A DNA stretch of 64,000 nt from assembly GCA_964016885.1 (NCBI GenBank), contig OZ024764.1, forward strand, positions 5,642,001 through 5,706,000, given 5' to 3'. Made by a program: the position numbers and the translations under genes. The notes under the pieces are model-generated. The model did no database searches. It was not told where the DNA came from and saw only the letters and a list, made by a program, of their open reading frames with translations. This DNA comes from Eledone cirrhosa (Eukaryota). The stretch's first letter is position 1, and each line of letters starts with the position of its first letter. Shown here in pieces: positions 54,401-64,000 of the stretch.

Positions 54401-57400
54401 CACTGGTATGGCCATGTTGAGTGTAGTGAGGGCTGGATTAGCAAAGTGATGTCAACCCAAGTAATTAGAGGCCCAAGAAGACACTGGTATGGCCATGTTG
54501 AGTGTTGTGAGGGCTGGATTAGCAAAGGGATGTCAACCCAGGAGTCAGTAGAGGCCCAAGAAGACACTGGTATGGCCATGTTGAGTGTAGTGAGGGCTGG
54601 ATTAGCAAAGTGATGTCAACCCAGGAGTCAGTAGAGGCCCAAGAAGACACTGGTATGGCCATGTTGAGTGTAGTGAGGGCTGGATTAGCAAAGTGATGTC
54701 AACCCAGGAGTCAGTAGAGGCCCAAGAAGACACTGGTATGGCCATGTTGAGTGTAGTGAGGGCTGGATTAGCAAAGTGATGTTAACCCAAGTAATTAGAG
54801 GCCCAAGAAGACACTGGTATGGCCATGTTGAGTGTTGTGAGGGCTGGATTAGCAAAGGGATGTCAACCCAAGTAATTAGAGGCCCAAGAAGACACTGGTA
54901 TGGCAATGTTGAGTGTTGTGAGGGCTGGATTAGCAAAGTGATGTCAACCCAAGTAATTAGAGGCCCAAGAAGACACTGGTATGGCCATGTTGAGTGTAGT
55001 GTGGGCTGGATTAGCAAAGTGATGTCAATCCAAGAGTCAGTAGAGGCCCAAGAAGACACTGGTATGGCCATGTTGAGTGTGGTGAGGGCTGGATTAGCAA
55101 AGTGATGTCAATCCAAGAGTCAGTAGAGGCCCAAGAAGACACTGGTATGGCCATGTTGAGTGTAGTGAGGATTGGATTAGCAAAGTGATGTCAATCCAAG
55201 AGTCAGTAGAGGCCCAAGAAGACACTGGTATGGCCATGTTGAGTGTAGTGAGCATTGGATTAGCAAAGTGATGTCAACCCAGGAGTCAGTAGAGGCCCAA
55301 GAAGACACTGGTATAGCCATGTTGAGTGTAGTGAGGATTGGATTAGCAAAGTGATGTCAACCCAGGAGTCAGTAGAGGCCCAAGAAGACACTGGTATGGC
55401 CATGTTGAGTGTAGTGAGGATTGGATTAGCAAAGTGATATCAATCCAAGTAATTAGAGGCCCAAGAAGACACTGGTATGGCCATGTTGAGTGTAGTGAGG
55501 ATTGGATTAGCAAAGTGATGTCAACCCAGGAGTCAGTAGAGGCCCAAGAAGACACTGGTATGGCCATGTTGAGTGTAGTGAGGATTGGATTAGCAAAGTG
55601 ATGTCAACCCAGGAGTCAGTAGAGGCCCAAGAAGACACTGGTATGGCCATGTTGAGTCTAATGAGGATTGGATTAGCAAAGTCATGTCAACCCAGGAGTC
55701 AGTAGAGGCCCAAGAAGACACTGGTATGGCCATGTTGAGTGTAGTGAGGGCTGGATTAGAAAAGTGATGTCAACCCAAGTAATTAAAGGCCCAAGAAGAC
55801 ACTGGTATGGCCATGTTGAGTGTAGTGAGGGCTGGATTAGCAAAGTGATGTCAACCCAAGAGTCAGTAGAGGCCCAAGAAGACACTGGTATGGCCATGTT
55901 GAGTGTAGTGAGGGCTGGATTATCAAAGTGATGTCAACCCAAGAGTCAGTAGAGGCCCAAGAAGACACTGGTATGGCCATGTTGAGTGTAGTGATGGCTG
56001 GATTAGCAAAGTGATGTCAACCCAGGAGTCAGTAGAGGCCCAAGAAGACACTGGTATGGCCATGTTGAGTGTAGTGAGGATTGGATTAGCAAAGTGATGT
56101 CAACCCAAGAGTCAGTAGAGGCCCAAGAAGACACTGGTATGGCCATGTTGAGTGTAGTGAGGATTGGATTAGCAAAGTGATGTCAATCCAAGTAATTAGA
56201 GGCCCAAGAAGACACTGGTATGGCCATGTTGAGTGTAGTGAGGATTGGATTAGCAAAGTGATGTCAATCCAAGTAATTAGAGGCCCAAGAAGACACTGGT
56301 ATGGCCATGTTGAGTGTAGTGAGGATTGGATTAGCAAAGTGATGTCAATCCAAGTAATTAGAGGCCCAAGAAGACACTGGTATGGCCATGTTGAGTGTAG
56401 TGAGGGCTGGATTAGCAAAGTGATGTCAACCCAAGTAATTAGAGGCCCAAGAAGACACTGGTATGGCCATGTTGAGTGTAGTGAGGATTGGATTAGCAAA
56501 GTGATGTCAACCCAAGAGTCAGTAGAGGCCCAAGAAGACACTGGTATGGCCATGTTGAGTGTAGTGATGGCTGGATTAGCAAAGTGATGTCAACCCAAGT
56601 AATTAGAGGCCCAAGAAGACACTGGTATGGCCATGTTGAGTGTAGTGAGGATTGGATTAGCAAAGTGATGTCAACCCAAGAGTCAGTAGAGGCCCAAGAA
56701 GACACTGGTATGGCCATGTTGAGTGTAGTGAGGATTGGATTAGCAAAGTGATGTCAATCCAAGTAATTAGAGGCCCAAGAAGACACTGGTATGGCCATGT
56801 TGAGTGTAGTGAGGATTGGATTAGCAAAGTGATGTCAATCGAAGTAATTAGAGGCCCAAGAAGACACTGGTATGGCCATGTTGAGTGTAGTGAGGATTGG
56901 ATTAGCAAAGTGATGTCAATCCAAGTAATTAGAGGCCCAAGAAGACACTGGTATGGCCATGTTGAGTGTAGTGAGGATTGGATTAGCAAAGTGATGTCAA
57001 CCCAAGAGTCAGTAGAGGCCCAAGAAGACACTGGTATAGCCATGTTGAGTGTAGTGAGGATTGGATTAGCAAAGTGATGTCAACCCAAGAGTCAGTAGAG
57101 GCCCAAGAAGACACTGGTATGGCCATGTTGAGTGTAGTGAGGGCTGGATTAGCAAAGTGATGTCAACCCAAGAGTCAGTAGAGGCCCAAGAAGACACTGG
57201 TATAGCCATGTTGAGTGTAGTGAGGATTGGATTAGCAAAGTGATGTCAACCCAGGAGTCAGTAGAGGCCCAAGAAGACACTGGTGTGGCCATGTTGCGTG
57301 TAGTGAGGATTGGATTAGCAAAGTGATGTCAACCCAGGAGTCAGTAGAGGCCCAAGAAGACACTGGTATGGCCATGTTGAGTCTAGTGAGGATTGGATTA

Positions 57401-60400
57401 GCAAAGTGATGTCAACCCAAGTAATTAGAGGCCCAAGAAGACACTGGTATGGCCATGTTGAGTGTAGTGAGGATTGGATTAGCAAAGTGATGTCAACCCA
57501 AGTAATTAGAGGCCCAAGAAGACACTGGTATGGCCATGTTGAGTGTAGTGAGGGCTGGATTAGCAAAGTGAAGTCAACCCAAGAGTCAGTAGAGGCCCAA
57601 GAAGACACTGGTATAGCCATGTTGAGTGTAGTGAGGATTGGATTAGCAAAGTGATGTCAACCCAGGAGTCAGTAGAGGCCCAAGAAGACACTGGTATGGC
57701 CATGTTGAGTGTAGTGAGGATTGGATTAGCAAAGTGATGTCAACCCAGGAGTCAGTAGAGGTCCAAGAAGACACTGGTATAGCCATGTTGAGTGTAGTGA
57801 GGATTGGATTAGCAAAGTGATGTCAACTCAAGAGTCAGTAGAGGCCCAAGAAGACACTGGTATAGCCATGTTGAGTGTAGTGAGGATTGGATTAGCAAAG
57901 TGATGTCAACCCAAGAGTCAGTAGAGGCCCAAGAAGACACTGGTATAGCCATGTTGAGTGTAGTGAGGATTGGATTAGCAAAGTGATGTCAACCCAAGAG
58001 TCAGTAGAGGCCCAAGAAGACACTGGTATGGCCATGTTGAGTGTAGAGAGGATTGGATTAGCAAAGTGATGTCAACTCAGGAGTCAGTAGAGGCCCAAGA
58101 AGACACTGGTATGGCCATGTTGAGTGTAGTGAGGGCTGGATTAATCAAAGTGATGTCAACCCAAGTAATTAAAGGCCCAAGAAGACACTGGTATGGCCAT
58201 GTTGAGTGTAGTGAGGGCTGGATTAGCAAAGTGATGTCAACCCAAGAGTCTGTAGAGGAGCAAGAAGACACTGGTATGGCCATGTTGAGTGTAGTGAGGA
58301 TTGGATTAGCAAAGTGATATCAATCCAAGAGTCAGTAGAGGCCCAAGAAGACACTGGTATAGCCATGTTGAGTGTAGTGAGGGCTGGATTAGCAAAGTGA
58401 TGTCAACCCAGGAGTCAGTAGACGCCCAAGAAGACACTGGTATGACCATGTTGAGTGTAGTGATGGCTGGATTAGCAAAGTGATGTCAACCCAAGAGTCT
58501 GTAGAGGAGCAAGAAGACACTGGTATGGCCATGTTGAGTGTAGTGAGGATTGGATTAGCAAAGTGATATCAATCCAAGAGTCAGTAGAGGCCCAAGAAGA
58601 CACTGGTATAGCCATGTTGAGTGTAGTGAGGGCTGGATTAGCAAAGTGATGTCAACCCAGGAGTCAGTAGAGGCCCAAGAAGACACTGGTATGGCCATGT
58701 TGAGTGTAGTGATGGCTGGATTAGCAAAGTGATGTCAACCCAGGAGTCAGTAGAGGCCCAAGAAGACACTGGTATGGCCATGTTGAGTGTAGTGATGGCT
58801 GGATTAGCAAAGTGATGTCAACCCAGGAGTCAGTAGAGGCCCAAGAAGACACTGGTATGGCCATGTTGAGTGTAGTGATGGCTGGATTAGCAAAGTGATG
58901 TCAACCCAGGAGTCAGTAGAGGCCCAAGAAGACACTGGTATGGCCATGTTGAGTGTAGTGAGGGCTGGATTAGAAAAGTGATGTCAACCCAAGAGTCAGT
59001 AGAGGCCCAAGAAGACACTGGTATGGCCATGTTGAGTGTAGTGAGGATTGGATTAGCAAAGTGATGTCAACCCAAGAGTCAGTAGAGGCCCAAGAAGACA
59101 CTGGTATGGCCATGTTGAGTGTAGTGAGGGCTGGATTAGAAAAGTGATGTCAACCCAAGAGTCAGTAGAGGCCCAAGAAGACACTGGTATGGCCATGTTG
59201 AGTGTAGTGAGGATTGGATTAGCAAAGTGATGTCAATCCAAGAGTCAGTAGAGGCCCAAGAAGACACTGGTATGGCCATGTTGAGTGTAGTGATGGCTGG
59301 ATTAGCAAAGTGATGTCAACCCAAGTAATTAGAGGCCCAAGAAGACACTGGTATGGCCATGTTGAGTGTAGTGAGGATTGGATTAGCAAAGTGATGTCAA
59401 CCCAAGAGTCAGTAGAGGCCCAAGAAGACACTGATATGGCCATGTTGAGTGTAGTGATGGCTGGATTAGCAAAGTGATGTCAACCCAGGAGTCAGTAGAG
59501 GCCCAAGAAGACACTGGTATGGCCATGTTGAGTGTAGTGAGGATTGGATTAGCAAAGTGATGTCAATCCAAGTAATTAGAGGCCCAAGAAGACACTGGTA
59601 TGGCCATGTTGAGTGTAGTGAGGATTGGATTAGCAAAGTGATGTCAACCCAGGAGTCAGTAGAGGCCCAAGAAGACACTGGTATGGCCATGTTGAGTGTA
59701 GTGAGGATTGGATTAGCAAAGTGATGTCAATCCAAGTAATTAGAGGCCCAAGAAGACACTGGTATGGCCATGTTGAGTGTAGTGAGGATTGGATTAGCAA
59801 AGTGATGTCAACCCAGGAGTCAGTAGAGGCCCAAGAAGACACTGGTATGGCCATGTTCTGTGTAGTGATGGCTGGATTAGCAAAGTGATGTCAACCCAAG
59901 AGTCAGTAGAGGCCCAAGAAGACACTGGTATGGCCATGTTGAGTGTAGTGAGGATTGGATTAGCAAAGTGATGTCAACCCAAGAGTCAGTAGAGGCCCAA
60001 GAAGACACTGGTGTGGCCATGTTGAGTGTAGTGAGGATTGGATTAGCAAAGTGATGTCAATCCAAGTAATTAGAGGCCCAAGAAGACACTGGTATGGCCA
60101 TGTTGAGTGTAGTGAGGATTGGATTAGCAAAGTGATGTCAACCCAAGAGTCAGTAGAGGCCCAAGAAGACACTGGTATAGCCATGTTGAGTGTAGTGAGG
60201 GCTGGATTAGCAAAGTGATGTCAACCCAAGAGTCAGTAGAGGCCCAAGAAGACACTGGTATGGCCATGTTGAGTGTAGTGAGGGCTGGATTAGAAAAGTG
60301 ATGTCAACCCAAGAGTCAGTAGAGGCCCAAGAAGACACTGGTATGGCCATGTTGAGTGTAGTGAGGGCTGGATTAGCAAAGTGATGTCAACCCAAGAGTC

Positions 60401-63060
60401 AGTAGAGGCCCAAGAAGACACTGGTATGGCCATGTTGAGTGTAGTGAGGGCTGGATTAGCAAAGTGATGTCAACCCAAGTAATTAGAGGCCCAAGAAGAC
60501 ACTGGTATGGCCATGTTGAGTGTAGTGAGGATTGGATTAGCAAAGTGATGTCAACCCAAGAGTCAGTAGAGGCCCAAGAAGACACTGGTATGGCCATGTT
60601 GAGTGTAGTGAGGATTGGATTAGCAAAGTGATGTCAATCCAAGTAATTAGAGGCCCAAGAAGACACTGGTATGGCCATGTTGAGTGTAGTGAGGATTGGA
60701 TTAGCAAAGTGATGTCAATCCAAGTAATTAGAGGCCCAAGAAGACACTGGTATGGCCATGTTGAGTGTAGTGAGGATTGGATTAGCAAAGTGATGTCAAT
60801 CCAAGTAATTAGAGGCCCAAGAAGACACTGGTATGGCCATGTTGAGTGTAGTGAGGGCTGGATTAGCAAAGTGATGTCAATCCAAGAGTCTGTAGAGGAT
60901 CAACAAGACACTGGTATGGCCATGTTGAGTGTAGTGAGGATTGGATTAGCAAAGTGATGTCAATCCAAGTAATTAGAGGCCCAAGAAGACACTGGTATGG
61001 CCATGTTGAGTGTAGTGAGGGCTGGATTAGCAAAGTGATGTCAACCCAGGAGTCAGTAGAGGCCCAAGAAGACACTGGTATGGCCATGTTGAGTGTAGTG
61101 AGGGCTTGATTAGCAAAGTGATGTCAACCCAAGAGTCAGTAGAGGCCCAAGAAGACACTGGTATGGCCATGTTGAGTGTAGTGAGGATTGGATTAGCAAA
61201 GTGATGTCAATCTAAGTAATTAGAGGCCCAAGAAGACACTGGTATGGCCATGTTGAGTGTAGTGAGGATTGGATTAGCAAAGTGATGTCAATCCAAGTAA
61301 TTAGAGGCCCAAGAAGACACTGGTATGGCCATGTTGAGTGTAGTGAGGATTGGATTAGCAAAGTGATGTCAATCCAAGTAATTAGAGGCCCAAGAAGACA
61401 CTGGTATGGCCATGTTGAGTGTAGTGAGGATTGGATTAGCAAAGTGATGTCAACCCAAGTAATTAGAGGCCCAAGAAGACACTGGTATGGCCATGTTGAG
61501 TGTAGTGAGGATTGGATTAGCAAAGTGATGTCAACCCAAGAGTCAGTAGAGGCCCAAGAAGACACTGGTATAGCCATGTTGAGTGTAGTGAGGATTGGAT
61601 TACCAAAGTGATGTCAACCCAAGAGTCAGTAGAGGCCCAAGAAGACACTGGTATGGCCATGTTGAGTGTAGTGAGGATTGGATTAGCAAAGTGATGTCAA
61701 CCCAAGAGTCAGTAGAGGCCCAAGAAGACACTGGTATGGCCATGTTGAGTGTAGTGAGGATTGGATTAGCAAAGTGATGTCAACCCAAGTAATTAGAGGC
61801 CCAAGAAGACACTGGTATAGCCATGTTGAGTGTAGTGAGGATTGGATTAGCAAAGTGATGTCAACCCAGTAGTCAGTAGAGGCCCAAGAAGACACTGGTA
61901 TGGCCATGTTGAGTGTAGTGAGGATTGGATTAGCAAAGTGATGTCAATCCAAGAGTCAGTAGAGGCCCAAGAAGACACTGGTATGGCCATGCTGAGTGTA
62001 GTGAGGATTGGATTAGCAAAGTGATGTCAACTTAGGAGTCAGTAGAGGCCCAAGAAGACACTGGTATGGCCATGTTGAGTGTAGTGAGGATTGGATTAGC
62101 AAAGTGATGTCAACCCAGGAGTCAGTAGAGGCCCAAGAAGACACTGGTATGGCCATGTTGAGTGTAGTGAGGATTGGATTAGCAAAGTGATGTCAATCCA
62201 AGTAATTAGAGGCCCAAGAAGACACTGGTATGGCCATGTTGAGTGTAGTGAGGATTGGATTAGCAAAGTGATGTCAACTCAGGAGTCAGTAGAGGCCCAA
62301 GAAGACACTGGTATAGCCATGTTGAGTGTAGTGAGGGCTGGATTAGCAAAGTGATGTCAACCCAAGTAATTAAAGGCCCAAGAAGACACTGGTATGGCCA
62401 TGTTGAGTGTAGTGAGGGCTGGATTAGCAAAGTGATGTCAATCCAAGTAGTTAGAGGCCCAAGAAGACACTGGTATGGCCATGTTGAGTGTAGTGATGGC
62501 TGGATTAGCAAAGTGATGTCAACCCAAGAGTCAGTAGAGGCCCATGAAGACACTGGTATGGCCATGTTGAGCACAGTGAGGATTGGATTAGCAAAGTGAT
62601 GTCAACCCAAGAGTCAGTAGAGGCCCAAGAAGACACTGGTATGGCCATGTTGAGTGTAGTGAGGATTGGATTAGCAAAGTGATGTCAACCCAAGAGTCAG
62701 TAGAGGCCCAAGAAGACACTGGTATGGCCATGTTGAGCACAGTGAGGATTGGATTAGCTAAGTGATGTCAACCCAAGAGTCAGTAGAGGCCCAAGAAGAC
62801 ACTGGTATGGCCATGTTGAGCACAGTGAGGGCTGGATTAGCAAAGTGATGTCAACCCAAGAGTCAGTAGAGGCCCAAGAAGACACTGGTATGGCCATGTT
62901 GAGTGTAGTGAGGGCTGGATTAGCAAAGTGATGTCAATCTAGGAATCAGTAGAGGCCCAAGAAGACACTGGTTTGGCCATGTTGAGTGTAGTGAGGGCTG
63001 GATTAGCAAAATGATGAATGTCGATTCAGGAGGCAGCAGAGGCCCAGGAAGAGGCTGGTA
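15465..63060 (+). repeat. LINE-derived 81/83-bp satellite array, ~47.6 kb, ~580 monomers, with nested higher-order repeats
   Basis: Consensus tggtatggccatgttgagtgtagtgagg(gc/at)tggattagcaaagtgatgtcaa(c/t)cca(agtaatt | (a/g)gagtcagt)agaggcccaagaagacac; uninterrupted and single orientation. Confidence 0.98.
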
Positions 63061-63228
63061 GGACTTGGATGGAGGATGTCCATCAAGTTCAAGCTAGGCT
63101 TGGCCTGGCCCAAGTGAGACTGGTGGCCAGAAACGCATGGAGTGGGACACTAAGGGGATCTGTCTGGCAGGACCCTCTTCTACTTAGGGATTAATTGGGT
63201 CCTTCATAATGAACAACTGGATGACGAT
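62969..63228 (+). mobile_element. 3' end of the parent RTE LINE (C-terminus, stop, short 3' UTR, gatgacgat tail)
   Basis: WFGHVECSEGWISKMMNVDSGGSRGPGR / frameshift / GRTWMEDVHQVQARLGLAQVRLVARNAWSGTLRGSVWQDPLLLRD* (stop 63192-63194). Confidence 0.8.
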
Positions 63229-63275
63229 AGAGTGCATAGCTAGATCAGAGAGTCTTTTCATGTAGAACCACTACA

Positions 63276-64000
63276 AATTGAGAGATTACAGCTCTGATAC
63301 TAAAGACATGTGGTTAGAATGTCTCAGGAAAGAATCTCTGAATTGAGAGATCACAGCTCTGATACTACAGACATGTGGTTAGAATGTCTCAGGAAAGAAT
63401 CTCTGAATTGAGAGATCACAGCTCTGATACTACAGACATGTGGTTAGAATGTCTCAGGAAAGAATCTCTGAATTGAGAGATCACAGCTCTGATACTACAG
63501 ACATGTGGTTAGAATGTCTCAGGAAAGATTCTCTGAGTTGAGAGATCACAGCTCTGATTCTACAGACATGTGGTTAGAATGTCTCAGGAAAGAATCACTG
63601 AATTGAGAGATCACAGCTCTGATACTACAGACATGGGGTTAGAATGTCTGAGGAAAGAATCTCTAGATTGAGAGATCACAGCTCTGATACTACAGACATG
63701 TGGTTAGAATGTCTGAGGAAAGAATCTCTGAATTGAGAGATCACAGCTCTGATACTACAGACATGTGGTTAGAATGTCTGAGGAAAGAATCTCTGAGTTG
63801 AGAGATCACAGCTCTGATTCTACAGACATGTGGTTAGAATGTCTCAGGAAAGAATCACTGAATTGAGAGATCACAGCTCTGATACTACAGACATGGGGTT
63901 AGAATGTCTGAGGAAAGAATCTCTAGATTGAGAGATCACAGCTCTGATACTACAGACATATGGTTAGAATGTCTGAGGAAAGAATCTCTGAATTGAGAGA
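63276..64000 (+). repeat. 65-bp tandem satellite (~11 copies, runs off the right window edge)
   Basis: Same unit and orientation as 1-1419; first copy is diverged (agagattaca..taaagacat). Confidence 0.97.

Noticed and set aside
15499-62599. Numerous 60-182 aa ORFs as real repeat-protein genes
   Set aside because: They arise from runs of 81-bp units, are broken by each 83-mer, mostly use non-ATG or arbitrary starts, and show no exon structure
15465-63060. CRISPR array
   Set aside because: Monomers are contiguous near-identical tandem units with no unique spacers, no cas genes, and a eukaryotic context

Overview
Gene-free, repeat-dominated eukaryotic DNA, probably from an octopod cephalopod (inferred from the SINE family and (TA/CA)n-rich spacers). 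A 65-bp satellite occupies both window ends in the same orientation (1-1419 and 63276-64000). Between ~1.4 and 15.4 kb lies a mosaic of decayed mobile elements: several RTE LINE fragments, Hero-like and Vingi/Ingi-like LINE 3' ends, a deleted mariner, two SINE families, micro/minisatellites, and a ~100-bp-arm inverted repeat containing an apparently complete minimal type-I hammerhead ribozyme. The dominant feature is a ~47.6-kb array of ~580 81/83-bp monomers (15465-63060). Its monomer is a piece of an RTE LINE ORF C-terminus (WYGHV..RGPGR), and the parent LINE's upstream and downstream sequence still flanks the array. The satellite therefore appears to have been born in situ inside a retrotransposon and has since built nested higher-order repeats. 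No host protein-coding gene, tRNA, rRNA or CRISPR array is supported.
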